NCBI RefSeq assembly: GCF_963921235.1
Contig: NC_086097.1
Coordinates: 164,426,001 to 164,490,000, forward strand
Direction of reading: 5' to 3'
Length of the DNA stretch: 64,000 nucleotides
DNA from: Mobula hypostoma
Taxonomy: Eukaryota
This document shows, in pieces, positions 1 through 12,700 of the stretch. The position numbers and the translations under genes are program-made. The stretch's first letter is position 1, and the number at the start of each line of letters is the position of its first letter. A model generated the notes under the pieces. The model saw only the letters and a list, made by a program, of their open reading frames with translations, did no database searches and was not told the DNA's origin.

Positions 1-88
1 TGAAGGGTTTTGGCCCAAAACAGCGACTGCCCTCTTTTCCATAGATGCTGCCTGGCCTGCTGAGTTCCTCCAGCATTTTGTGTGTGTT
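1..88 (+). mobile_element. Short Penelope-derived terminal-repeat (pLTR/hammerhead) copy, degenerate, cut by the window edge
   Basis: tgaaggg...aaaacagcgactg...catagatgctgcctggcctgctgagttcctccagcattttgtgtgtgtt matches the 3' end of the Penelope at 25050-25147. Confidence 0.75.
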
Positions 89-94
89 ATTAAT

Positions 95-1525
95 AGAAAA
101 AGATGACCATGTTAATGGGATTATAGACCACCCAACAGTCAGCAGGATTTACAGGAGCACATTTGTAGAGAGATCATAGACTGTTGCAAGAAACACAGGG
201 TTGTGATAGTAGGTGATTTTAACTTCCCACAGATTGACTGGATCTCCCATACTGTAAAAGGGCTGGATGGGATAGAGTTTGTGAAATGTGTTCAGAAAAG
301 TATTCTTAATCAATGCATAAAGGTCCCAACTAGAGAGTGTGATACTAGATCTCCTAGTATGGAATGAGACAAGACAGGTTTGAGTAGGGCAATGGTTCCC
401 AGCCTGGTGTCCACAGACCCATCGGTATTGGTCCATGGCATAAAAAAGGTTGAGAACCCCAGGGGCTTGTATGGTGTGCCTCATGGGAGGTTCAATCACT
501 TGGTATTCAGGAAAAAGTAATAAATGGTTTAGAAGAAGCCACAGAGTGATAGTAAATGGTTGGCTCTCTGACTGGAGGCCTGTGATTAGTTGGGTGTCGC
601 AGGGATCGATGCTGGATCTATTGTTGTTAGTATCTATATCAATGATCTGGATGATATTGTAGTAAACTGGATCAGCAAACTACTGATAGCTCCAAGAGTA
701 GGGGGTAGTGGACAACGAGGAAGGCTATTAATGCTTGTGGTAGGGTCCAGACCAGCTGGAAAAATGGGTTGAAAATTGTGGATGGAATTTAATGCAGACA
801 AGTGTGAAATGTTTCACTTTGGGGAAAAAAAACGGGATAGGACTTGTATGGTGAGCGGTAGGTCATTGACTAATTTGGTAGAACAGAGGGATCTGAGAAT
901 ATAGATCGATAATTCCTTGAAAATTGTGTCACACGTCAATAGGGTCATAAAGATAGTATTTGGCACATTGGCCTTCATAAATTCAAGTATTGAATACAAA
1001 ATTTGGGATGTTATGTTGAAGTTGTATCAGATGTTGGTGAGGACTAATTTGGAGCATCGTGTGCAGTTTTGACCACCTACCTACAGGAAAAATGTCAATA
1101 AGATTGAAAGAGTGCAGGTAAAGTTTACAAGGATGTTTCCAGGAAATGAGGGCCTGAGTTATAAGGAAAGGTTGACTAGGTTAGAAATTTATTCTCTAGA
1201 GCATAGGATAATGAGGGGTATACAGTACACAATTATAAGGGGTATAGGTAGGGTAAATGCCAGCAGGCTTTGTCCAATGAGGTTGGGTGAGACTACTACT
1301 AGAGGTCATGAGTTAAGGATGAATAGTAAAATGTTTAAGGGGAACATGAGGGGAAACTTCTTCCCTCAGAGGATGGTGAGAGTGTGGAACGAGCTTCCGG
1401 TGAAACTGGTGGATGCAGGTTCGATTTCAATATTTAAGAGAAATTTAGATAGGCACACGGCTGAGAGGGGTGTGGAGGATGCAGGGCAATGGGACGAGGC
1501 AGATTAATAGTTTGACATGGACTGA
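95..1525 (+). mobile_element. CR1 LINE, degenerate ORF2 (endonuclease piece plus RT/C-terminus)
   Basis: GDFNFPQIDW-like codons near 212; SQGSML and YINDLD motifs (ORFs 450 and 590); C-terminal TRGHELR...NFFPQRMVRVWNELP (ORF 1112). Confidence 0.85.
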
Positions 1526-1873
1526 ATAAGACCATAAGACCATAAGACGTAGGAGCAGTATTAGGCCTTTTGATTCATTAAATATGCTCCACATTTCATC
1601 AGGACTGATCCATTTTCCCTCACAGTCCTAAACTTCTGCTTTCTCCCATATTTCTTCATACCCTGACTAATCAAGAATCTATCAACCTCTGCCTTAAAAA
1701 TACCCAATGACTTGGCCTCCACAGAAACCTGCGGCAATGCTTTCCACAGGTTCTCCACCCTCTGGCTAAAGAAATTACTCATCTCTGTTCTGAATGGACA
1801 TCCCTCTACTCTTAGGCAGTGTCCTCTGGTCTTAAGCTCCCTCACCATAGGAAGCATCCTCTCCGCATCTACT

Positions 1874-2180
1874 TGTCAGTACCTTCATTTGAACTCTGTC
1901 TTTTTGTATGTTTCCCCCAGCTGTCAGTCTGTGGTTTTGTATTGTCATGTGCTCCTGTCCCCGCTCCTGCTCTACTCCGGCCCCTGTAATACTGAGTACT
2001 CTATCTCTCATCTGTTTCTCATTATTACCTGTGTTGCTGCCACCTGTATCTCATTGTGCTCCACCTATCATCTGCCTCTCTGTTTATTGCTCAGTGTATT
2101 TCAGTCCTATGTTTTCAGCCGTTTGTTGCCAGATTGTGCCAGTGAGTTTTCCTGAGCCTTTCCAGCATTTGTATCTGTAC

Positions 2181-2214
<34 letters not shown>

Positions 2215-2654
2215 GACTCTGCCTGTTTCCTGATTCTGGTTTTTGGATTTCTCTGGATGTTTTGATCTCTGCCTGAATTCTGACGCCGACTTTGTTTGCA
2301 CCTCTGGATTTGTTACTCAATTAATATCACTGTGTGCACAGTACTGGGTCTGCAATTGGACCCCTGCTCTAGCACCCCGACAGTACAATCTGGCCGGAAT
2401 GGATCTAGCAGACCCTGATCATCTGAGAGCTGCCCTGGAACAACAGGGTGTGATGCTGGGGAGACACCAGAACCAGCTGGACTCTGTGTTCAGGGCAGTG
2501 GAGTTGCTTTCTGCCAATGTAGCCAATCTTGTGGCCCAGACTCAGTCACTCCAGCTGTCCTAGAGCACCCATCAACATTCTGCAACAGCATCTTCTGCCC
2601 TGGCCTCCGCGTCGACTGGGTCTGCGATTGGATCCCTGCTCCAGAGTCCTGACA
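1874..2654 (+). mobile_element. Internally deleted Tf1/sushi-group Gypsy element: 5' LTR 1874-2382, gag start 2399, last ~40 bp of 3' LTR 2615-2654
   Basis: TGTCAG...CTGACA termini; 5-bp TSD ctact (1869-1873 and 2655-2659); LTR end duplicated (actgggtctgc...gaca); gag-like MDLADPDHLRAALEQQGVMLGRHQ. Confidence 0.85.
2181..2214. repeat. (TCTG)n microsatellite inside the LTR
   Basis: Direct reading. Confidence 0.95.
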
Positions 2655-4710
2655 CTACTCTATCAAGACCTTTCAGTATTCGATAGGTTTCAATGAGATC
2701 CCCCCCACCATTCTTCTGAATTCTAGTGAGTACAGGCCAAGAGCTACCAAACACTTCTCATATAATAAGCCTTTCAATCCCAGAATCATTTCCGTGAACC
2801 TCCTTTGAACCCTCTCCAATGTCAACACATCATTTCTTAGTTAAGAGGTCCAAAACTGTTCCAAATAATCACAGTGAGGCCTCACTGGCACATTATAAAG
2901 CCTTAATATTACATCCTTGTTTATATATTCTAATCCTCTCAAAATGATTACTAACATTGTATTTGCCTTCCTCAGCACTGACTCAACCTGCAAATTAATG
3001 CTTAAGGAATCCTACACAAGGACTCCCAAGTCCCTTTGCATCTCAGATTTCTGAATCATCTTTCCATTCAGAAAATAGTCTACATTTTTATTTCTTCTAC
3101 CAAAGTGCATGACAATATACTTCCCAACCTGTATTCCATCTGCCACTTCTTTGCCCATTATCCTAATCTGTTTAAGTCCTTCTGTAGATTCTCAACTCCC
3201 TCAGTACTACCTGCCCTTTCACCTATCTTCATATTGTTTGCAAAATTGGTTAACAAAGCCATGAATTCCTTCATCCAAATCATTGATATATAACGTAAAA
3301 GGAAGCAGTCCCAACACTGCTGAAAACCACTAGTCACTGGCAGCCAACCAAAAAAGGCTCCCTTTATTCTTATTTTTTCCCTCCTGCCAATCAGCCACTG
3401 CTTTATTCCTGCTAGTATCTTTCCTGTAATACCATGGGCTCTTAACTTGCTAAGCAGCCTCATGCATGGCACCTTGCCGAATGTCTTCTGAAAATCCAAG
3501 TATACAACACCCCACGATTCTCCTTTGTCTGTCCTGCTTGTTATTTCTCCAAAGAATTCTCATAGACTTTTCAGGCAAGATTGTTCCATAAAGAAATCAT
3601 GCTAACTTTGGCCTATTTTGTCATGTGCCTCCAAGTACTTTGAAACCACAACCTTAATAATCAACTCCAACATCTTCCCAACCACTGAGGTCAGAATAAT
3701 TGGCCGGTAGTTTCCTTTCTTCTATTCCTCTCCGTCCTTGAAGAGTGGAGTAACATTTGTAATTTTCCAGTCCTCTGGAACCATGTCATAATCCATTGAT
3801 TTGTGAAAGATTATTACTAATGCCTCTACAATCTCTTCAGCCACCTCTTTTAGAATGCTAGGGTGTAAACCATCTGGTCTAAGTGACTTATTCAGTTTCC
3901 CTAGCACCTTCTCCCTAGCAATGACAACTTCACACACATCTGCCCCCTGACATTCTCAAATTTCCAGCATACTGCTAGTGTTTTCCACAGTGAAAACTAG
4001 TGCAAAATACTTATTCAGTCTGTCTTCCAATTTCTTGTCCCCTATTACTACATCTCCAGTATTATTATCCAGCGGTTCAATATCTACTCTCACCTCTTTT
4101 TAAAATTTTATGTATCTGAAGATACTTTTGGTATCTCCGGTAATATTATTGCCTCGCTTACCTTCATATTCCATCTTTTCCTTCTTTACAACTTTTTAGT
4201 TACCTTCTATTGATTTTAAAAGATTCCCAATCCTCTCACTTCCCACTAATTTTGCTCTATTTTAAGCTCTCTCTTTGGCTTTTATGTTGGCTTTGACTTC
4301 TCTTGTCAACCACAGTTGCGTCATCCTGCCTTTAGAATACTTCTACTTTGGGATGAATCTATCCTGCATCTTCCAAATCACTCGCAGTAACTCCAGCCAT
4401 TGGTGTTCCACCATCATCTTTTTTAGTGTTCTCTTCCAATCAATTCTGGCCACCTCTTCTCTCATACCTTTGTAATTCACTTTACTCCACTGTAATACTG
4501 ATCTATCTGACTTAAGCTTCTCTTTCTCAAATTGCAGGATGAATTTGATCATATTATGATCATTGGCTCCTAAGTGTTCCTTTACCTTAAGCTCTCCAAT
4601 CAATTCTGGTTCATTTTACAACACCCAATTCAGAAACCTAATCCCCTAGATGTGCCAAATAGGCCTTTTTCTGTGTGGTAGTACTCTATGACTTTGAGAC
4701 CACGAACATG

Positions 4711-4766
4711 CACTCAATGGCCACATTATTAGGTTAGGAGTTACCTAATAAGGTGGCCATTGAGTG
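4711..4766. mobile_element. 56-bp Tc1/mariner-type mini-MITE (two TIRs plus 8-nt spacer)
   Basis: cactcaatggccacattattaggt and acctaataaggtggccattgagtg are 24-bp inverted arms with 1 mismatch; flanks tg and ta. Confidence 0.7.
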
Positions 4767-4994
4767 TATATTTGTCATCAACCTTGAGTCAAGGACTTAG
4801 GTCTTTGCCAATGCCATATAAATACAGCGCTGGAGTAAACACAGATCCTGCCCTCAATTTGGACAGAGGTTAACAAAATTCTATGCACTTATACTTGATG
4901 TTGAGCCTTAGAGCTTTCATATCACTACAATTGATGACCAGTTCACACATGGGTCCAAGGCTTACTTCTTAAAAATGAGTGCTACTAGCATCAT

Positions 4995-5144
4995 CTCCCT
5001 CACAGGAAGAGGTTCACAGTCTGCAGTTGTGTGCTTGGATCGCAGGGATTCACCTCAGAGAGACATTACTGGGAAGTGCAGGCGGTGAAGAGTCTGGACT
5101 GGAGATTGGGAATCACCACAGAGTCTGTGCAGAGTAGGAATTAA
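4995..5144 (+). pseudogene. Orphan B30.2/PRY-SPRY (TRIM-like) fragment
   Basis: Manual translation LPHRKRFTVCSCVLGSQGFTSERHYWEVQAVKSLDWRLGITTESVQSRN* carries the RF..CVLG..GF.SG.HYWEV..W.LG...ES signature. Confidence 0.8.
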
Positions 5145-6053
5145 GGACATCCAAATAACTTAAAATATATTAAAACCGCCAGACAAATCTAAAACAAGCA
5201 AAAACTTTGATCATTCCTGTCCATTCCAGTGAATGGAAGAGTAGGAGAAAATTCTCCTGCCTGAATTCCAACTGTGTGGCAAGGAATCACTGCAATTTTT
5301 TGCTCCCGGAGTGTATTCTGCATGGTGCATATTTTGGTAGCCAGCAGCGAATTTCCATAGAGCATCTCCAGATCTTTGTGTGCATGGAAACGCAAAAGTG
5401 TCTCTAGTTTACAATGCAAGTAAGTGTTGTCAGTATTGTAGAGATTTCTCTTCAAATTCAGGCCAGTTGAGTATAAGATGGATTGATAATATATATAATA
5501 TGTGCCTAAAAAAGATTTGAGATTTAATGTGTGAAAAAGCCAGAGAGGATATTTTGATGGCAATTAGTAGCATGGTTAGAGAGAAAAAGCCAAAGGTGAT
5601 GGAGTCTGGAATGTATTAACTGAAAGGACAGTGGAGGCAGAAGCCCTCATTATCATTAAGAAGTTCTTGCACGTTTCTTTGAATAATGCTGCCCTGCAGG
5701 GCAATGGACGGGCGAAGAGCTGTAACCTGGATTGAGGCACGGCAACACCTTTCCAACAAGCACAGACATGATGGACTAAATGGTATCCTTCTGTTCAGAC
5801 ATTTTCTTTGATTCTGTTGATCAGTGGCTGGTTAATTTTGAAGGATAGACTCAAGAAGAAGCAAGAAATATTTTTAATTGCACATTTTGATTAAATATTC
5901 ATTTACAGTCTTTCTACTGTCTTTGCAGTAAATTTTAAATTTCCACTATTATTTGATTTCAATTTGCATCAATCAAATATGCTGTGATTATGTTTTGATT
6001 TGCATCATGCAAAAAATTGCATTTTCTCAGCCTATTAAAACTAATTTTGCTGG

Positions 6054-6644
6054 TGTCATCGCTGATAGTAAATAAAATAACTGGACCCAGAACACACACA
6101 TTCTTAAGAGTCAACCACACTTTATTCTATTTGTGCACAAGGAGAACAGTATAGCCTCTATCACCACTCTGTTACAAAGCCAGGACAGAAAACTACTATT
6201 TTTATACAGAATTGGGTTATCAGTTCTGAATATTGACCATTTGGTAAATTATATATGTTTGAATTTATTATTTGCAAGATCAATCGCCATTTAAATAGAG
6301 GAGTTAAAAGTCAATGGAAACTACGAGCTGGCAATTGACACTACTTTGAAGTTAGTAAATCGATTGTCTGCTAGTGGTTGGGTGTGTTTCACATCCTTCC
6401 ATTATTCCTATCTCGTCTATATTTTAGGAAGACCCTTTCAGAAAAAGTCTCTCTTCAGAGATTTTACTCGTCTGGCTTGAGTACGCTTCAGTCACCCCCA
6501 CCTATCTCATGTGTAGTCAGCAGAGGTAGCTCTGGTGGTCTCACTTCAGGGGTCTCCTTTGTTTTGGTTTGACTACACACTGCTGCAGATCAATCTCACC
6601 TGGATATTGTCTTTAACCCTTGCCTTACCATAACATAACACACA
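6054..6644 (-). mobile_element. Probable solo LTR
   Basis: TG...CA termini with 4-bp TSD ctgg (6050-6053 and 6645-6648); minus-strand TATAAAA near 6200 and AATAAA near 6121. Confidence 0.5.
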
Positions 6645-6999
6645 CTGGTAAAGCTGGTTTAATTTTGTAGCATTTCCCATCACCTGAACTCAGAATTTAA
6701 TGACAATTTCATTGCCAATCTGAACAGAAAGAAAAATAGGTCATCTTTAATGCCTCCTAGAGACCTCTCAGCAGCTTAAATAGAGAGGTGGAATGCTTCA
6801 TGGAAACACATCCCAGGATCCAGGATGGTTAGTCATAAAGTCATTAAGCATTAGAAACAGACCTGCTGGATCACCACATCCATGACATACATCAATACTC
6901 ATGTAATTTTTCCCCTCCATGGATTCTGTCTATTTTTCTTGCTGCCTCACTAAAGCATAATCAAAGACTCCAACACCCCAAACATTTATTCTTTTCCCT

Positions 7000-7325
7000 T
7001 CTTCAATCAGACAAAAGATCAAAAGCCTGCAAGCGTGTACCACCAGCCTCCAGAGCAGCTTCTGCCCTGCTGTTACTAAACCCTTCAATAAACCTCTTAT
7101 ACAATACAATGGACTCTTGACCTTACAATCGGCCTCATTATGATCTTCCACTTAATATTGTGTACCTGCACAGCACTTTTTCTATATCTTTTGCACTTTA
7201 TTCTACATTGCTATTGTTTTACCTCAATGCACGGTGCAATGATTTGACCTGTATGAACTGTTTGCAAGACAAGTTTTTCACTGTATCTTCGTACATGCGA
7301 CATTAATAAATCATTACCAATATCA
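7000..7325 (+). mobile_element. Rex1/Babar-type LINE 3' end
   Basis: aaaagcctgcaagcgtgtaccaccagc...agcttctgccctgc resembles 14528-14580; poly(A)-signal-like ttaataaa near the end. Confidence 0.55.
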
Positions 7326-7749
7326 ATTGACCAGCATTCCGTCAATAGCTTTCTATATATTGCACTTAACATCTTGCTTATACCTTACAAGAGCCACTGC
7401 CTCCACCATCCACTCAGTTAGTGCATTTCAGATTCCAACAATTCTCGGTGAAAAAATTTTTCCTCAACTACCCTTTAATGCTTTTATCTCTCACCATTAA
7501 CCCATGCCCTTTAGCTTTCAAAACCTTTCCTATGTGGAAATGTGTACCCCATAGCTGAAACACTCCATTCCAGACAACGTTTTTGCGAATGTCCCCTGGT
7601 GATCAGCACTATTTTTCATCCATATGGAGGGAAGCTTTGCAAAACAATGATAGTTCAAAAAAAGCTATCTCAAAGTGTTCCAGATTAATTAATGTTTTAT
7701 TATTTGTTGTTTGGTTGATAGCCTCAATATCACTAATTTTAAAATTGTA

Positions 7750-7940
7750 AGTTCAGCTTCAACTATAGAAACCTGAGTACAAACATCTGTACAATGCTGT
7801 TCTTTGTCTGTGTTCTATGTTCTATGCTCTCTGACGGTCTCTGGATGACATTTCAAACCAAGGTCCTACCTGTTTATAATATTCCATGGGACAGTTTTGA
7901 ACAAGAGCAGAGAACTTTCTCTGATGGTCCAGCCAAACCA
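7750..7940 (+). mobile_element. Degenerate DeuSINE (SacSINE1/AmnSINE1-like)
   Basis: ggatgacatttcaaaccaaggtcc...ccatggga...gaacaagagcagagaact resembles the recalled Deu-domain consensus. Confidence 0.5.
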
Positions 7941-8561
7941 TAAGGCATTGCTCCACATTTTCATTGTTCAGTTTCCTCTTCTATCATATTCCATCATCTT
8001 CACACTTTGTCACTTCCACCTATTATCTCCCAGTTTCTGAATTCATTCCCACCCCCACCCCCACCCCCACCCCTCACATCACAGCCGCCCCACTCCATCT
8101 GCCTGGATGGAGGCTGCCAGGTTCTCCTCCTCACCTGGATCCATCTATTGACTGCCAGATCTTCCTCCACCCCCTCTCTTCACCTTTTTATATTGGCTGC
8201 CTCCCCTGAAATCTCTGTGTGTATAATTTCACTGCATTGTAACAGTGACTGCGCTGAATAATATACTCCCCGGTTGCAAAGAACTGTTTCATAGTACAAT
8301 ATTCAACAATGATAAGTTTGATTTAAATATAATCTCTAAAATAAATTACCTGACCATTGTCCGAGGCAACTTATTGCACAGGAATTAACAGACATTACAT
8401 ATTCGCTACATTACAAGAATGGTTGCACGTCACAAATCCAAAGCACTCTCATCCTTAATTTTGAAAATGTATTGTTCTGTGACTCCTATTTGATGAGTGA
8501 AGGTCAAACACAGCACTTTCTTTGTACTTCTTAATCACACTGTTTAATAAGGTGCTTCTTG

Positions 8562-9347
8562 TGTTACATGCCCACTGTTTGATCATGGGTCAGTGGTATG
8601 ATGTAATTGTCTCATGACCGTGGGGTGACGTTATGTCACGTGAATGGCATGTTCCCTACGGTATTTAAGGAAGCCCGCCAAAGTGTGACGCAGTTTTTAC
8701 TTTCTGTTTTAAGGTGCAAATGCGTTGTTGCTGGCAGTTTCGCCAATCGCTGCCAGTTTTTGTTTGTTGCACCTTTGTTTTACCTTTACAGTCTAGTATT
8801 GGAGAGCGAATACCTTACCAAAGTACGAGAACCCAAAAGATTGGGAAAAGTTAACGATGTTTGGTGTTTTGGAAGTGATCGACCATTTAGAATCGGAATC
8901 GTCCAGGAAATTGTGGCATGCACGTTCGAGTTACACCCCTGCAAGATCAGGACGGTTTGTGCAGTGTCCACCCTCCCGAGAGAAAAGGTCAGTTACTTTA
9001 TGACTGTATATTCAGCGTGACTCCTTTTGTCAAGGCATCGCTCGACTGTGATCGGCAGATTCATCATTTTCTTTGGAGGAATTGTTGCTGCAGTAAAGTT
9101 TCTCCTTAAAGACTGTAAAAATCACTTGGACTTTTGAATTTACCACTTTAAGTCTGTGTTTGAATTTACCCCTTTTAGAAGTATTTTTAAGTTCGACTGT
9201 TTGTTCAAGATAGCCCAATAACGGTTAACTTCCGGTTAAGCTACTTCGTTTAATTTTTCTATGTTTTTAAGTAGAGGTTAATAAATATAGTTGTTTGTTT
9301 ATAAAACCTGACTCAATTTCATATCCATTGTTGCTGGACACATGAAA
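8562..9347 (+). mobile_element. Probable solo LTR (Gypsy-like)
   Basis: Starts TGTTAC; TATTTAAG near 8663; AATAAA near 9280; 4-bp TSD cttg (8558-8561 and 9348-9351); 3' CA end decayed. Confidence 0.55.
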
Positions 9348-9724
9348 CTTGTTATAAAGCATCTGCAGAGCCAGTTGCCATTACTGGGTTTTGTGCAAAC
9401 TCTGGTCTGTGAATCTCAGACATATGAACACGTAAAATGTACCATATACAAGGAGGGCATGCAAAACACCATTCCCATGCTGCTTGGAAAAGTGCTAGTG
9501 ACCTAATGCCATGTTTCCACTCTAGTCCGTAATGTAATGGGCCATGACTCTTCAAGTACACAGATAAAAGCTTTGTTTAAAGGTGATTAGGGTTTCTGTT
9601 TTGTAAAATGCATCAGGTCTGTACCACCTTCTGGGTGGAAAGTACCTTTCTCAGTGCTCCTTCTACCAAGTTTTGACCCTTTTAGGCCAAGAACAACACA
9701 GCACATTACAGACTCATACCCCCT

Positions 9725-12700
9725 AGGGAATCACAGGAGTGCCTACAGGACTGCTTTGAATCGGTGGACTGGACTGTATTCAGGGATTCATCTTTGAACC
9801 TGGATGAGTATGCTGCAGTTGTTACCAACTTCATTAAAACCTGTGTGGATGAGTGTGTGCCTACAAAGGCTAACTGCATATTCTCAAACCAAAAACTATG
9901 GATGAACCAGGAGGTACGTCATCTGCTGAAGGCTAGACTTGTGGCATTCAAGTCTGGTGACCCAGGCCTGTCCCCGAAAACCAGGTATGATTTGTGGAGG
10001 GCTATTTCAAGGATGAAGAGACAATTTCAAATGAGGTTGGAGATAACATCGGATACACGACAACTCTGACAGAGTTTGCAAGGCATTACTTCCTACACAG
10101 CAAAACACAATAGCATGAATGGCAGCGATGCTTCACCACCAGATTAACTCAACACCTTCTATGCTTTTTTGAAAGGGAGAATACAACTGGAGCTGTGAAG
10201 ATCCCTGCTGCACCTGATGACCCCGTGATCTCTGTCTCAGAGGCCAATGTTAGACTGTCTTTAAAGAGAGTGAACCCTTACAAGGCGGAAGGTCCCAATG
10301 GAGTACCTGGTAAGGCTCTGTAAACCTGTGCCAACCAATTGGCGGGAGTATTCAAGGAGTTTTCAACCTCTCACTGCTACAGGCAGAAGTTCTCACATGG
10401 CAACGACTGGTCAAGCGTGCAGACGTTAGCCAGGTGAAAGAGCGAGAAGAGTTAAAAGGAGACAGCTTTATAGAGCAGGTGTCGGAGGAGCGAGCAACAG
10501 AATAGTGGGAGACAGAGTAAGAAGGTTTGGCTCAACAGAGCTTCGGCGATAACAGACTGAGGCGAGGTAGGTTATCTGTGTAGAATACAGACAGGAAGTA
10601 TGTGAGTGAGGCTGGTGTTCTGTGCTGGGTGTCAGATGTGGGAAGTCCAGGAGACTCCCAGCCTCCCGGATGGTCACATCTGTGCCAGGTGCATTGAGCT
10701 TCAGCTCCTTAGGGACCGGGTTAGGGAACAGGAGATGCAGCTCGATGATCTTCGTCTGGTCAGGGAGAGTGAGGATGTGACAGGGAGGAGTTATAGGCAG
10801 GTATCACACCGGGGCCTCGGGAAAGAGATAAGTGGGTAACAGTCAGGAGAGGGAAGGGCAAGAAGCAGGTGCTAGAGAGTACCCCAGTGGCTGTCCTCCG
10901 AAACAATAAGTACTCCTGTTTGAGTACTGTTGGGGGGGGGGGGGGGATGGGCCGACATGGGGAAAGCAACAGTGGCCGCACCTCTGGCACAGAGTCTGGC
11001 CCTGTGGCTCAGAAGGGTAGGGAAAGGAAGAGGATGGCAGCAGTGATAGGGGACTCTATAGTTCGGGGGTCAGATAGGCGATTTTGTGGAAGCAGGAAAG
11101 AAACACGGATGGTAGTTTGCCTCCCAGGTGCCAGGGTCGGGATGTTTCTGATTGCGTCCGCGATATCGTGAAGTGGGAAGGAGAGCAGCCAGAGGTCGTG
11201 GTACATATTAGTATCAACAACATAGGTAGGAAAAGGGAGGAGGTCCTGAAAACAGACTACAGGGAGTTAGGAAGGAAGTTGAAAAGCAGGACCACAAAGG
11301 TAGTCATCTTGGGATTATTGCCTGTGCCACATGACAGTGAGTACAGGAATAGAATGAGGTGGAGGATAAATGTGTGGCTGAGGGATTGGAGCAGGGGGCA
11401 GGGATTTAGATTTCTGGATCATTGGGACCTCTTTTGGGGCAGGAGTGACCTGTACAAAAAGGACAAGTTGCACTTGAATCCCAGGGGGACCAATATCCTG
11501 GCGGGGAGGTTTGCAAAGGCTATTGGAGAGAGCTTAAACTAGGATTACTGGAGTGTGGGAACCGAACTGAAGAGTTGGAGGAAGAGGCAGTTGGCTCACA
11601 AATAGAGAAAGCTTGGAGACAGTGCGAGAGGGAGGATAGGCAGGTGATAGAGAAGGGACTTGCTTAGATTGATGGTTTGAGATGTGTCTATTTTAATGCA
11701 AGGAGTATCATGAACAAAGCAGATGAGCTTAGAGCGTGAATCAGTACTTGGAGCTATGACGTTGTGGCCATTACAGAGACTTGGATGGCTTAAGGGCAGG
11801 AATGGTTACTTCGAGTGCCAGGCTTTAGATGTTTCAGAAAGGACAGGGAGGGAGGCAAAAGAAGTGGGGGCGTGGCACTGTTGCTCAAAGATAGTGTCAC
11901 GGCTGCAGAAAAGGAGGAAGTCATGGAGGGATTGTCTATGGAGTCTCTGTGGGTGGAAGTTAGGAATACGAAGGGGTCAATAACTCTACTGGGTGTTTTT
12001 TATAAACCACCCACTAGTTACAGGGACATTGAAGAGCAGATAGGGAGACAGATTCTGGAAAGGTGTAATAATAACAGGGTTATTGTGGTGGAAGATTTTA
12101 ATTTCCCAAATATCAATTGGCATCTCCCTAGAGTGAGGGGTTTAGAAGGGGTGGAGGCATAATATGATTAGAAATAGTCAGCATGGCTTTGTCAAAGACA
12201 GGACATGCCTTACGAGCCTGATTGAATTTTTTGAAGATGTGACTAAACACATTGATGAAGGTAGAACAGTAGATGTAGTGTATATGGATTTCAGCATGGC
12301 ATTTGATAAGGTACCCCATGCAAGACTTATTGAGAAAGTAAGGAAGCATGGGATCTAAGGGAACATTGCTTTGTGGATCCAGAACTGGCTTGCCCACAGA
12401 AGGCAAAGTGTGGTTACAGATGGGTCATATTCTGCATGGGGGTCGGTGACCAGTGGTGTGCCTCAGGGATCTGTTCTGGGACCCCTTCTCTTTGTGATTT
12501 TTATAATTGACCTGGATGAGGAAGTGAAGGGATGGGTTAGTAAATTTGCTGATGACACAAAGGTTGGGGGTGTTGTGGATAGTGTGGAGGGCTGTCAGAA
12601 ATTATAGTGGCACATTGATAGGATGCAAAACTGGGCTGAGAAGCTGCAGATGGAGTTCATGCTAGGTAAGTGTGAGGTGATTCATTTTGGTAGGTCAAAT

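Larger units (their letters stand above)
1527..4650 (-). mobile_element. CR1 LINE ORF2, interrupted by the LTR element at 1874-2654
   Basis: Minus-strand ORFs with DHNMIKF, PDGLHP, MDFQKTF, NFFSQRVENLW; (taagacca)n tail at 1527-1548. Confidence 0.9.

Noticed and set aside
5230..5250. GRVG as a continuation of the SPRY domain
   Set aside because: Only four residues match; the flanking SPRY motifs (FW, YL.YE.G.VSFY) are absent.
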